DNA of 63,877 bases, counting the filler, from an uncultured bacterium (lineage in GTDB: Bacteria; CAYJRR01), in assembly GCA_964372275.1 (NCBI GenBank). It is 5 parts of 5 records of this genome, joined end to end, with 100 filler letters (N's around TTAATTAATTAA, not from the genome) between each part and the next. Parts side by side here need not be neighbours in the genome. Positions count along the whole stretch, not along the records: positions 43,074 to 57,228 come from CAYJRR010000118.1; 4 more parts are not named here. The stretch is one strand, 5' to 3'. Under the pieces are notes generated by a model that searched no databases, was not told the origin of the DNA, and saw only the letters and a program-made list of their open reading frames with translations. The translations under genes were made by a program, and so were the position numbers. Positions 44,884-55,073 of the stretch are shown in pieces. The stretch's first letter is position 1, and the number at the start of each line of letters is the position of its first letter.

Positions 44884-47829
44884 GTGCCGAATTCCTCGAC
44901 GATTCCGTACGCGCCGATCGCCGCCGCCGCCGCGACCTTCGTCGGCGCGCTGCTGCTGACGCCGATGGTGATCGCGGTCGCGACGCGGCGGGGACTGGTC
45001 GCCAAACCGCGCGCCGACCGCTGGCACAAGCGACCGACGGCGCTGTTCGGCGGGATTGCGATCTTCGTGCCGGTCGCGCTGGCCGGGCTTGCGCTGCTTC
45101 CGTGGACGGCTCCGAACGCCGGAATCCTTCTGGGCGCGCTGCTCGTCTTCTCCGTCGGCTTGGTGGACGACATGCTCCACATCAAGCCGTCGACCAAGCT
45201 GATCGGCCAGATCGCGAGCGCCTGCGTGCCGGTCCTTTTCGGCGTGCACGTCGGCTTCCTGGAGCAGGCGTTCCTGTTCGTGCCGATCACGATCTTCTGG
45301 ATCGTGGCGATCACCAACGCCTTCAACCTGATCGACAACATGGACGGGCTCTCCGCCGGGGTGGCGGCGATCAGCAGCCTGTTCGTGGTGCTGTTCGCGC
45401 ACGCCCTCGGTGACGCCGACACCGTCCTGCCGGCGCTGATCGGCGGCGCCGCCGCCGGATTCCTCCTCTTCAACTTCCATCCGGCCAAGGTCTTCATGGG
45501 GGACTGCGGCTCGATGACCTTGGGGTTCCTGCTCGCCTGCGCCTCGGTGATCGGGACCTGGCAGCAGGCGTCGAACCTGCTGCTGATCCTGATCGCCCCG
45601 GCGCTCTTGCTCGCCGTGCCGATCTTCGACGCGGCGCTGGTCACGGTCCTGCGCACGTTGCACGGGCGGCCGGTCTCGCAAGGGGGGCGCGATCACTCCT
45701 CGCACCGGCTGGTGGCGCTCGGCCTCACCGAACGGCAGGCGGTCCTCACGCTCTACGGCGTCTGCGCCGTCTTCGGACTGACGGCGCTTGCGGGGTTCGT
45801 CTCCCAGATGTTCGTGGTGGCGGTGGTGGCCATCCTGCTGGTGGTCGGGACCTTCTTCTTCGGCGTCTTCCTGGGGCAGGTTCCGGTCTACGAGCCGGTG
45901 ACCGATGGCGCGGGGTTGCCCGCCGGACCGTCCACGAGCCGCCAGCCGGCGCTGATCGGGACGATCGTCTTCCACAAGCGGCGGATCGCCGAGGTGGCGA
46001 TCGACTTCCTGCTGATCTGCGCCGCCTACGCGGGCGCCTTCCTCCTCCGCTTCGACGGGAGGATCGCCCCCGCCGACCAGGCGATCATCGTCCGCACCCT
46101 CCCCATCCTGATCGTCGCCAAGATGTCGGCCTTCTTCCTGTTCGGCGTCTACCGGGGGGTCTGGCGGTACGTCGGGATCCACGACGCGCTGAACCTCACC
46201 AAGGCGGTGCTCGCCGGCTCGATCGCCACGGTCGTCGCGCTCCTGCTCGCCTACCGGTTCGAGGGGATGAGCCGGTCGGTCTTCGTCCTCGACGGACTGC
46301 TCCTCCTCTTCTTCGCGTCGGGAACGCGCGTGTTGCTGCGCGTCTTCCGGGAGCTCGTCGTCGGCGCCCGCGCCAACGCGCGCCGGGTGCTGGTGGTCGG
46401 CGCCGGAGACGGCGGCGAGATGCTGCTCCGCGAGATCCGCAACAGTCCGCAACTGGGGATGACGGTCGTCGGACTGATCGACGACGATCCCGAGAAGCAC
46501 GGCCGCGAGGTCCACGGCGTGGCGGTCCTGGGCGGTCGCGCCGATCTCGCCGAGGCGGCGTCGAGGACCGGGGCGGAGGAGATCCTGATCGCCATCCCGT
46601 CGGCCTCCGGGGCGGTGCTGGCGGAGCTGTCGGCCGCTTGCGCGGCGACCGGCCTTCCCTACCGCACGACCCGGCGGGCGACGGAACTGGTCGACGGGCG
46701 GGTGACGGTCGCGGCGCTTCGTGAGCTCGACGTGCTCGACCTGGTCCAGCGGCATCCGACGCGGATCGACGACGCGCGGCTGCGATCCGCCGTCGAAGGC
46801 CGCACGATCGCCATCCTCGGTTGCGGCGGGACGCTCGGCCGCGCGCTCGCCAGACGGGCGCTCGACTTCGGACCGCGGCTCCTCCTGCTCGTCGACCGTG
46901 ACGACAACGCGCTGGTGGAGCTGCAGGAGGAGCTTCCCGCCGGCGCGCCGGTGAAGCTCGCGCTAGCTGTGGTGGAGAACGGTCCCTACATCGCCACGCT
47001 CCTGCAGACGCACCGGATCGAGACCGTTTTCCACGCCGCCTCGTTGAGCCAGGGGCCGCTCCTGGAGGAGAATCCGCTCCCCGCGGCGCGCGTCAACGTA
47101 CTCGGTGTGCGGCAGGCGCTGGACGCGGCGCTGCAGGCGGGGGTCGGGACGTTCGTCCTCGTCTCCAGTCGCCGCGCCGGCGACACCGCGACCGTGCACG
47201 GCGTCTCGCGACGGATCGCAGAGCGGATCGCCGCCGGCTTCTCCGGAGCCCGGATGCAGGTGCACGTCGTCCGGCTCGGAAAGGTCCTCGGCAGCCGAGG
47301 CGGATTCCTCGCGCGCTTCCGCGAGCAGGCGCTGCGCGGAGGACCGATCCTCCTGTCCGAGATGGCGGCGACGCGATACCTGCTGGCGTCGGAGGTCGCC
47401 GCCAACACGCTGCTGCTCGCCGCCGCGCCGCGCGAGCGGCGCGCGGACCGGGAGGTCGTGATGGTCCCGGAGGGGGGACGCCAGGTCCCGCTCGCCGAGA
47501 TCGCCTCGGCGGTGGCGCGCTGGGCGAACGCCGCCGGACGGACGGAGCGCGCGGTGGCGGTCACCGCGGTGGGGCTACGCCCCGGCGAGCGCCTGCGCGA
47601 TCCGGAGCCGGAGGGCGCCGTCTCGGCGGTGGAGCCGGGACTGCTCGGGTTCACGCCGCTGGACGGCGGCTCCTCCTCGCCGCTGGCGCCCGCCGTCGAC
47701 GCGTTGGACGACGCGGTCCGTGCCGGAGACCCGACGCGCGTCCGCCAGATCCTGTGCGAGCTCTATCCGTCGCTGGCGAGCGGGCCCAAGCCCACGGACG
47801 CGGGAAACGTCGTTCCGCTCCGCCGATAG
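44884..47829 (+). CDS. Fusion: WecA/TagO-type GlcNAc-1-P transferase + PglF/CapD-like membrane, CoA-binding and degenerate 4,6-dehydratase domains
   Basis: GLVDD, NAFNLIDNMDGL, FMGDCGS, GGRDHSSHRL; then GVYRGVWRY, VVGAGDGG, IDDDPEK..., ILGCGGTLG, GLRPGERL. Confidence 0.85.
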   Translation: MPNSSTIPYAPIAAAAATFVGALLLTPMVIAVATRRGLVAKPRADRWHKRPTALFGGIAIFVPVALAGLALLPWTAPNAGILLGALLVFSVGLVDDMLHIKPSTKLIGQIASACVPVLFGVHVGFLEQAFLFVPITIFWIVAITNAFNLIDNMDGLSAGVAAISSLFVVLFAHALGDADTVLPALIGGAAAGFLLFNFHPAKVFMGDCGSMTLGFLLACASVIGTWQQASNLLLILIAPALLLAVPIFDAALVTVLRTLHGRPVSQGGRDHSSHRLVALGLTERQAVLTLYGVCAVFGLTALAGFVSQMFVVAVVAILLVVGTFFFGVFLGQVPVYEPVTDGAGLPAGPSTSRQPALIGTIVFHKRRIAEVAIDFLLICAAYAGAFLLRFDGRIAPADQAIIVRTLPILIVAKMSAFFLFGVYRGVWRYVGIHDALNLTKAVLAGSIATVVALLLAYRFEGMSRSVFVLDGLLLLFFASGTRVLLRVFRELVVGARANARRVLVVGAGDGGEMLLREIRNSPQLGMTVVGLIDDDPEKHGREVHGVAVLGGRADLAEAASRTGAEEILIAIPSASGAVLAELSAACAATGLPYRTTRRATELVDGRVTVAALRELDVLDLVQRHPTRIDDARLRSAVEGRTIAILGCGGTLGRALARRALDFGPRLLLLVDRDDNALVELQEELPAGAPVKLALAVVENGPYIATLLQTHRIETVFHAASLSQGPLLEENPLPAARVNVLGVRQALDAALQAGVGTFVLVSSRRAGDTATVHGVSRRIAERIAAGFSGARMQVHVVRLGKVLGSRGGFLARFREQALRGGPILLSEMAATRYLLASEVAANTLLLAAAPRERRADREVVMVPEGGRQVPLAEIASAVARWANAAGRTERAVAVTAVGLRPGERLRDPEPEGAVSAVEPGLLGFTPLDGGSSSPLAPAVDALDDAVRAGDPTRVRQILCELYPSLASGPKPTDAGNVVPLRR

Positions 47830-47870
47830 GTCGTCCTATCATCGCGCTCGGTCGCCACCGGGGGACGTGA

Positions 47871-49097
47871 ATGCGCATCGGTCTCGGGATCGCCGTCGTC
47901 GTCGGTCTCGCCGGCTGCACCAAACAACGCGAGTCGCCGCCGACCTACTACGCGTCGGTGGCCCCGATCATCGCCTCCGAGTGCCGCAGCTGCCACCTCG
48001 CCGGGGGGATCGCCCCCTTCGCGCTCGAAACCTACGATCAGGCGTACGCCTACCGCTCCCTCATCCGGTCGGCCGTCGCCGAGCGGACGATGCCGCCGTG
48101 GGGCGGGGACGACTCCGGACGGTGCCAGACCTTCCAGGACGACAAGTACCTCTCCGACGACGAGGTGGCGACGATCGTCGACTGGGTCGACGGCGGCGCG
48201 AAGGAGGGGGATTCATCGGTCGGCGAACCGGAGACCCCCGAGCCCCCCGCCCTTCCGCGCGTCGACGCCGTGGCGATGTTGAGCACGGCCTACACGCCGG
48301 TCACCGATCCGGTCGACGACTACCGCTGTTTCGTCGTCGACCCGGAGGTCGAAACCGACGCCTTCGTCACCGGGTACGAGGTGCATCCCGGCGACGCGCG
48401 CGTCGTCCACCACCTGATCCTCTATTCGGTCGATTCGGCGGGAGAAGCCTCCGCCGCCGCGCTCGACGCGCAGGACGCCACGCCGGGCTACGACTGCATC
48501 GGCGAGCTCGGCTTCGTCCCCGAAGCGTGGCTCGCCGGCTGGGTGCCGGGGGACCGGGTGACGATCTTCCCCGAGGGGACCGGCCTGCGGATCACCGGCG
48601 GGCGGCGGCTCGTGTTGCAGGCGCACTACAACACCGCGCAGGGCGCCTTCCCCGACCAGACGTCGATCGACCTGATGATCGACTCGGCGGTCGAGGACGA
48701 AGCCCGGATCGTCCAGCTTCCGGTCGATCTCGGCGCCGGGATTCCGCCGGGCGAGAGCTACGTGGAGGTGTCGGAGGCGTTCTCGCTGGCCGCCTTGCCG
48801 TTCGACGCCACCCTCCACTCGATCATCCCGCACATGCACAAGCGGGGACGAACGATGAAGGTCGAGCGGGAGGACGGAGGAGACACGGCGTGCCTGCTCG
48901 ACGTCCCGCGGTACGATTTCAACTGGCAGGCGACCTACCGGTTCGACGATCCGTTGCTGCTCCAACAGGATGCCGACGTGAGCATCCGCGTCACCTGCGG
49001 ATACGACACGACCGACGACACCGAGCCGGTGCAGTGGGGCGAGGGCACAGGCGACGAGATGTGTCTCGCCGTGGCCTACATCAGCCGCAACCCGTGA
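47871..49097 (+). CDS. Lipoprotein copper type II (PHM/DBM-like) monooxygenase with N-terminal heme c domain
   Basis: LAGC lipobox, CRSCH, MPPW, DDYRCF, VHH, QAHY, PHMH, YDFNWQ, DEMC. Confidence 0.85.
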   Translation: MRIGLGIAVVVGLAGCTKQRESPPTYYASVAPIIASECRSCHLAGGIAPFALETYDQAYAYRSLIRSAVAERTMPPWGGDDSGRCQTFQDDKYLSDDEVATIVDWVDGGAKEGDSSVGEPETPEPPALPRVDAVAMLSTAYTPVTDPVDDYRCFVVDPEVETDAFVTGYEVHPGDARVVHHLILYSVDSAGEASAAALDAQDATPGYDCIGELGFVPEAWLAGWVPGDRVTIFPEGTGLRITGGRRLVLQAHYNTAQGAFPDQTSIDLMIDSAVEDEARIVQLPVDLGAGIPPGESYVEVSEAFSLAALPFDATLHSIIPHMHKRGRTMKVEREDGGDTACLLDVPRYDFNWQATYRFDDPLLLQQDADVSIRVTCGYDTTDDTEPVQWGEGTGDEMCLAVAYISRNP

Positions 49098-49110
49098 GGG
49101 AGGAGAGACC

Positions 49111-49476
49111 GTGACCGCCGCGCGCAGGATCTTGTTGGTCGCCGTACCGTTCGCGCTCGCCTGCCCGGGACTGGGGGACGAGTCGGCCGGCGACGTCCCG
49201 GACCGGCCGACCTGGGACGAGCACATCCAGCCGATCATGGACGACCACTGCGTCCTGTGCCACGGCGAGAATCCGGTGGGCGGCGCCCCCTCGGGTTTCC
49301 GGCTCGATCAGTACGCCGACGAGGGATCGGTCGACGGCGGGTTCACGATGGGGGAGCGGATCGAGGCGAGGGCCTCGGACGGCAGCCCCTCGTTCATGCC
49401 CCCCGGCGAGACGCTCGACCCCACCTCGCGGGAGACGATCTCGAAGTGGGTCGACATCGGAAAGCCCGAGAACTGA
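49111..49476 (+). CDS. Monoheme cytochrome c lipoprotein
   Basis: ALAC lipobox, CVLCH, distal MPP, and W...G terminal helix. Confidence 0.85.
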   Translation: MTAARRILLVAVPFALACPGLGDESAGDVPDRPTWDEHIQPIMDDHCVLCHGENPVGGAPSGFRLDQYADEGSVDGGFTMGERIEARASDGSPSFMPPGETLDPTSRETISKWVDIGKPEN

Positions 49477-49487
49477 CGAGCCGACAC

Positions 49488-50831
49488 GTGAACGAGACCC
49501 GCCGAAACTCCGCCGTCCACCGCGTGATCGCGGCGCTCGCGATCGGAATCGCCGCCGCAGCGGCGTCGTCGATCTTCGCGGGCTCCGCGCGCGCCACGCC
49601 GATCTACGCGGCGCGGGCCGGACACGCCTGCAACACCTGCCACGTGGAGCCGGTCGGCTGGAAAAACCCGCCGCTGCGCGACCGCAAGTGCACGCTCGAC
49701 TGCATGGGCTGCCACGTCAGTCCGACCGGCGGCGGCCTGCGCACCGCCTCGGGCGAGTACTTCGGCAAGGAAACCCTCCCGCTCCTCGGCGACCGCCCGT
49801 CGCGTCACGCGTCCGTGGCGGATGCGGCGACGGCGGCGGCGCGCGGGCGGTTCCGTCTCTGGGAAGGGTTCACGGGTTGGGTGGAGGGGGATCGGAACGT
49901 TCCCGAGATCGCCGACCGCTACGGCCCGATCGCGCCGAATCCGCGCCTCAAGGTCGGCGGCGACGTCCGCATCGCCGGCTACTTTCCGCAAGGAGACGAC
50001 GCCGGGGAGGGGGGCGTCTTCCCGATGCAGACCGATCTCTACGTGATGGGGCGCCCGAAGCCGCACCTGACGCTCTACGGATCGGTCGGCCTGCGCCCGC
50101 GCGAGCCCGACGAGGAGGTCGACTGGATCGACTACTTCGCGGCACGCGAGCTGTTCGTGCAGACCGACCGCCACCCCTACGGCTTCTACGCGCGCGTCGG
50201 CCGGTTCAACAAGCCGCACGGCTGGCGGACCCCCGACCACACCACCTTCGTACGCCGCGAGGAGGGGTTCGACCAAGGGAGTCAGGCGTTCGGCGCGGAG
50301 GCCGGTTTCAGCGCGAACTACCCGTACGGGAACCTGGCCGTCTACTACCAGGGGTTCGACGCCTGGCCGAGCGAGGAGCTTCCGAAGGGCTACGGCGCGG
50401 CGGCGACGGGCGGAGTACGGTGGCTGTCGGTCCAGCTCGGCGCGAGTGCTCAGTTCCTCGACCTTCTCGACGGCGGACACGAATACATCGTCGGGCCGCT
50501 CTGGGCGCTCAACGCCTATCCCGTGGTCTACCTGGGGGAGATCGACTTCCGGAGCCGCCTCCCCGAATGGTCCGACCAGTTCACGACGAACTCGGTCTAC
50601 GCCTACCACGAACTACACTATTCGGTCGGCGGGGGGGTCGCCCTGCAGCTCAAGTACGACTGGCTCGACGGCAACATCCGACTCGCGGAAGACCACCGCC
50701 ACCGCGTCACCACCGGCGTGGAGTGGAACCCCTACACCCGCGTCCAGATCCTGCTCCAGTCCCGCTGGAACTACCTGGCGAGCGAGCGCACCTCCCACGA
50801 GATCGTGACGATCGCGCACCTCTGGTTCTGA
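49488..50831 (+). CDS. Diheme cytochrome c fused to an outer-membrane beta-barrel
   Basis: Signal peptide ending ARA, CNTCH and [14 protein letters not shown]...GW porin-like strands, C-terminal AHLWF. Confidence 0.75.
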   Translation: MNETRRNSAVHRVIAALAIGIAAAAASSIFAGSARATPIYAARAGHACNTCHVEPVGWKNPPLRDRKCTLDCMGCHVSPTGGGLRTASGEYFGKETLPLLGDRPSRHASVADAATAAARGRFRLWEGFTGWVEGDRNVPEIADRYGPIAPNPRLKVGGDVRIAGYFPQGDDAGEGGVFPMQTDLYVMGRPKPHLTLYGSVGLRPREPDEEVDWIDYFAARELFVQTDRHPYGFYARVGRFNKPHGWRTPDHTTFVRREEGFDQGSQAFGAEAGFSANYPYGNLAVYYQGFDAWPSEELPKGYGAAATGGVRWLSVQLGASAQFLDLLDGGHEYIVGPLWALNAYPVVYLGEIDFRSRLPEWSDQFTTNSVYAYHELHYSVGGGVALQLKYDWLDGNIRLAEDHRHRVTTGVEWNPYTRVQILLQSRWNYLASERTSHEIVTIAHLWF

Positions 50832-50892
50832 TGCAGGGGGTCCGGGGGAGTCCCCCGGGAAGTCCGGAGGGCGTGTTAGACTCCCGCGCCCG

Positions 50893-51852
50893 ATGGTCCA
50901 CGCGGTCGTCACGGGCGGAGCCGGCTTCCTGGGAAGCCACCTCTGCCGGCTACTCCTGGAGCGCGGTCAGCGCGTGACCTGCGTCGACAACCTCGTCACC
51001 GGCCACGCGCGCAACGTGGCCGATCTCGGATCGAACGGCGCCTTCCGGTTGGTGACGCACGACGTCAGCCGGCACATCGAGGTCGAGGGGAAGGTCGACC
51101 GGGTCTGGCATCTGGCCTCCCCCGCCTCGCCGATCGACTACCTGCGGCTCCCGATCCAGACCTTGAAGGTCGGCTCGCTCGGCACGCACAACGCGCTGGG
51201 ACTGGCGCTGGCGAAGAAGGCGCGGTTCTTCCTGGCGTCGACCAGCGAGGTCTACGGAGACCCGGCGGTCCACCCGCAACCGGAAAGCTATTGGGGCCAC
51301 GTCAATCCGGTCGGCCCGCGCGGCGTCTACGACGAGGCGAAGCGGTTCGCCGAGGCGATGACGATGGCGTACCACCGCTACCACGGCGTGGACACGCGCA
51401 TCGCGCGCATCTTCAACACGTACGGCCCGCGCATGCGGCAGCGCGACGGCCGGGTCGTGTCGAACTTCCTTCGGCAGGCGCTCACCGGGCGACCGCTCAC
51501 CCTCTATGGCGACGGCAGCCAGACGCGAAGCTTCTGCTACGTCTCCGACTTGATCGAAGGGTTCTGGCGGTTGATGGAGGGCTCCGAGGACCACGACCCG
51601 GTGAATCTCGGGAATCCGGAGGAGTACTCGGTCGCCGAGCTCGCCCGCCTGGTGCTGGAGGTGACCGGAAGCCGCAGCGAGCCCGTGCACGAACCGCTTC
51701 CCGTCGACGATCCGAAGGTGCGCCAGCCGGACATCTCGCGGGCGAAGAAGATCCTCGGTTGGACGCCGACCGTCCCGGTGCGGGAGGGGCTCGCTCGGAC
51801 GGCGGAGTACTTCCGGCGTTTGCCCGAGGACGAGCTCCTCCGCTCCGGCTGA
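50893..51852 (+). CDS. UDP-glucuronate decarboxylase (UDP-xylose synthase) family SDR
   Basis: [54 protein letters not shown]. Confidence 0.93.
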   Translation: MVHAVVTGGAGFLGSHLCRLLLERGQRVTCVDNLVTGHARNVADLGSNGAFRLVTHDVSRHIEVEGKVDRVWHLASPASPIDYLRLPIQTLKVGSLGTHNALGLALAKKARFFLASTSEVYGDPAVHPQPESYWGHVNPVGPRGVYDEAKRFAEAMTMAYHRYHGVDTRIARIFNTYGPRMRQRDGRVVSNFLRQALTGRPLTLYGDGSQTRSFCYVSDLIEGFWRLMEGSEDHDPVNLGNPEEYSVAELARLVLEVTGSRSEPVHEPLPVDDPKVRQPDISRAKKILGWTPTVPVREGLARTAEYFRRLPEDELLRSG

Positions 51853-51854
51853 CG

Positions 51855-54800
51855 ATGCGGCCCCGCCGCCTCCTCTACCTAGGTCCCTACCAGCCCACGC
51901 TGGAGGCGGCGCTCGTCGTCGAGATCGCGTCGTTCCGCGCCGCCGATCCACTGGCGCCGGTCTTCGTACTCGCGCCGACGACCCTTCTCTGCCGCCACCT
52001 CGCCCGCCATCTCGCGATGTCGCTCCCGAACGGGCACGCGGGGATCCGTTTCGTGACGATGGCCGGCCTGGCGCGGATCCTCGCCGAGCGGACCCTGCGC
52101 GGCCAGGGTCTCGCGCCGCTTCCGCCGTGCGCCGGGACGCTCCTGTGGCGCCGCACCGTGGCGCGCGCCATCGCCCCGCCGGACGGCGGCGTCTTCGCGC
52201 CGATCGGCGAGGCCCACGGATTTCCCGGAGCGGTTCGCGCGACGGTGCGCGATCTGAAGGAGGCGGGCCTCACCCCGTCGGTGGCGGAGCGACGCGCGCA
52301 AGGCGGTGGTCCTCTCGCCCGCAAGCTGCGCGAGCTGGCCGGCATCTGGCGGCGGATGGAACGTCTCACCCTCGAGGCCGGCTTCCATGACGATCTCGAT
52401 CTCCTGCGCGAGGCGGCGGAGCGCGCCGCCGACTCGCCGGCGCTCGACGGGGCCGCGGCGATGCTCTACGGCTTCTACGACCTTCCGCGGTCGCAGCGCC
52501 GCCTGGTCGCCGGGTTTTTGGCCGGCCGAAAGGTGGCGGCGGCGTTCCTGCCGTGGGCGGAGGACGCGGCGTTCGACTACGCCGGACCGGCGCGCGATTT
52601 CCTGCAAGGAACGCTGGAGCTGACGCCGGCCGGCGATGCGCCGCCTCCGAAACCCGATCCGCCGTACGAGGTGGTCGCCGCCCCCGGCGAGACGCGCGAG
52701 GCGATGGAGGTCGCGCGCGTCGTGGCCGCGGCCGCGTGTCCGCTGCCGGCGGTGGGGGTCCTGGTGCGGACGGCGGAGCAGGCCCTTTCGATCGACGACG
52801 CGATGGAGGACGCCGGCATCCCCCGCGAGCGGATCGAGACGCGGCCGGCCTCCTGCGCCACGGCGGCGCGGGCGCTGTTCCGGTTGATCGAGGCCAAGCG
52901 CGACGACCTGCCTCGCCCCACGGTGATCGAGATCGCCGGCACGCTCCCGGTGCGATTCGCCGTGGCGCCGGGGGCGTGGGACGTCTTCTCGCGCGAGTGG
53001 GGGGTCGTCGGAGGGGAGGCGGAATGGAAAACACGCGTCGCCGCCGGCATCCGCGAGATCGAGCGGCGGCGGGAGCGGTCCGCCGTCGACGACGTGCGCG
53101 GCGACCGGGTCGGTCCGGCGCCCGACGCGACGCGACTCGAGACGGCCCGCGCGCTCGGGGCGTTCGTCGCGGAGCTCGCCGAGATCGTGCGCTCGATCCC
53201 GGAGCGCGGGCGGTGGTCGGAGCTCGCCTCCGCGCTGCGATCGGCGACGTCGCGGCTGTTTTCCTTCGAGCCGGGGGACGGCTCCGAGTCGGTCGAGGAG
53301 GGGCTGACCGAGCTCGCCGGTCTCGATCGCCTTGCGGCCGCCGGCGAGGAGCTGGGGCTCGGCACGCTGGGCGAAGCGGTGGAGCTGCTCGCCGCGGCCC
53401 TCGACCGCGCTCCCGACGAGGATCGTGACGGCGACCGCGGGGGGGCGCTCGTCGCCGACCTGATGCGCGCACGCGGGCTCCCGTTCGACCTGGTCGTCCT
53501 TCCGGGGATGGTGGAGGGTCGCTTTCCACGCCGGGCCCATACCGATCCGCTGCTCTCGGACCGCGAGCGGCGGGCGCTCAACGCCGTCCTCTCGGCGGAG
53601 GAGGCCCCGTTCGAGGAGGCGCCCGACGATCCGCCGGAGGACCTCGGCGCCGACGGCCCGTTGAGTCTGCGCTCCGCCTCGTCCTCCGAGGAACGGCTGT
53701 TGTTCCGGCTCGCCGTCGACGCCGGCCGGCGCGTCGTCTTCACCCTCCCGCGGATCGACGCCGCCACGGGGCGGGAACGGACGCCGTCGCTCCTGCTGCT
53801 GCGGCACGTCGAGCAGGCGAGCGGCGCCGGCAGCGCCCTCTCGATCGAGGCCTTCGCCCGCGCGCCCGGCGTCCGTTGGCTCGGACTCGATCCGGCCCCC
53901 GCGTCCCGCAGCGCGGCGCTCACGCCGATCGAGCGGCTCCTCGCCGACGCGCGCGACCTCCACGCCGATCCCGATCCGCGTTCCCGGTCCCGGCGGGCGG
54001 CGGCGCTTCTCGCCCGTTCCCCGTTCGGGCGGGCGGCCGTCGCCGCCGAACGAGGACGGTGGGGGACCCGCCGCTTCACCGCCTACGACGGGTGGCTCGA
54101 ACCGGCGGCCGACGCGCCGGAGGAGGTCCGCCGCGCCCTGGCCTCGGTCGCCCTCGGCGGCGACGGCGTGTTGTCGGCGACGCGGCTCGAGTCCTGGGCG
54201 CGCTGCCCCTACCGCTACTTCCTCCAGCACGGCCTGGCACTCACCAAGCTGGAGGAGCCGGAGCGGCAGATGACGCTGTCGCCGCTCGACCGGGGCGAGA
54301 TCATCCACGCCGCGCTGGAGCGCTTCTGGCGCGGAGAACGCGCCGCCGGACGCGGGGTCCCCGACGAAGGTGGGCTTCCCTCCGCGCAGGCGCGGATCGC
54401 CGCGATCGCCGACGAGCTCCTCGACCGGTTCGAGGAGAGCGGCATCACCGGCCCGGCGATCCTCTGGCGGCAGGCGAGGGCCGAGATCCGCCGCGATCTG
54501 GAAGAGGCGCTGCGCCACGCGGTCGAGCGGGATTCCGGCGTCCTCCCGGCGGCCTTCGAGCTCGACTTCCAGGAGGAGATCGCGGGGGTCGGATCGATCC
54601 GGGGACGGATCGACCGCCTCGACCTTTCGGGCGACGGCAGGCGGGGACGGATCGTCGACTACAAGAGCGGGAAGTCGCGACTCTCGTTCGATGGATCCCG
54701 CCGCGACCCGGAGCCGCGCGTCTTCCACGGGGGGGAGGCGCTCCAACTGCCGATCTACGTGCTGGCGGCGAAGCGTCGCTTTCCGGAGGTCGCCGACTGG

Positions 54801-55073
54801 GTCGCGGCCTACGACCACTGCACGCAGCGCGGGGGGTTCGAACGGGCGGAGCTTTCGATCGACGACGCGACGCTCGAACGGCTGCGGGCGCTCATCGCGC
54901 GACTGACCGCCGACTCCGCCGCCGGCCGGTTCCCGTTCCTCCAGGACGACGACGCCTGCGCCGGGTGCGATGTCGCCGTCGTCTGCGGACCGGGCCACGA
55001 CGTCGCGTTCGCCGCCAAGGCGGACGATCCGGCGCTCCGCGCGCTGCTCGCCCGCCGGGAGGAGTTCCGATGA
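51855..55073 (+). CDS. AddB-like inactive helicase + PD-(D/E)XK nuclease with Fe-S cysteines
   Basis: YGFYDL, ARGLPFD.V.LPG..EG.FP, LSATRLE...RCPY, RGRIDRLD, VDYKSG, LQLPIY, CAGCDVAVVC. Confidence 0.85.
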   Translation: MRPRRLLYLGPYQPTLEAALVVEIASFRAADPLAPVFVLAPTTLLCRHLARHLAMSLPNGHAGIRFVTMAGLARILAERTLRGQGLAPLPPCAGTLLWRRTVARAIAPPDGGVFAPIGEAHGFPGAVRATVRDLKEAGLTPSVAERRAQGGGPLARKLRELAGIWRRMERLTLEAGFHDDLDLLREAAERAADSPALDGAAAMLYGFYDLPRSQRRLVAGFLAGRKVAAAFLPWAEDAAFDYAGPARDFLQGTLELTPAGDAPPPKPDPPYEVVAAPGETREAMEVARVVAAAACPLPAVGVLVRTAEQALSIDDAMEDAGIPRERIETRPASCATAARALFRLIEAKRDDLPRPTVIEIAGTLPVRFAVAPGAWDVFSREWGVVGGEAEWKTRVAAGIREIERRRERSAVDDVRGDRVGPAPDATRLETARALGAFVAELAEIVRSIPERGRWSELASALRSATSRLFSFEPGDGSESVEEGLTELAGLDRLAAAGEELGLGTLGEAVELLAAALDRAPDEDRDGDRGGALVADLMRARGLPFDLVVLPGMVEGRFPRRAHTDPLLSDRERRALNAVLSAEEAPFEEAPDDPPEDLGADGPLSLRSASSSEERLLFRLAVDAGRRVVFTLPRIDAATGRERTPSLLLLRHVEQASGAGSALSIEAFARAPGVRWLGLDPAPASRSAALTPIERLLADARDLHADPDPRSRSRRAAALLARSPFGRAAVAAERGRWGTRRFTAYDGWLEPAADAPEEVRRALASVALGGDGVLSATRLESWARCPYRYFLQHGLALTKLEEPERQMTLSPLDRGEIIHAALERFWRGERAAGRGVPDEGGLPSAQARIAAIADELLDRFEESGITGPAILWRQARAEIRRDLEEALRHAVERDSGVLPAAFELDFQEEIAGVGSIRGRIDRLDLSGDGRRGRIVDYKSGKSRLSFDGSRRDPEPRVFHGGEALQLPIYVLAAKRRFPEVADWVAAYDHCTQRGGFERAELSIDDATLERLRALIARLTADSAAGRFPFLQDDDACAGCDVAVVCGPGHDVAFAAKADDPALRALLARREEFR

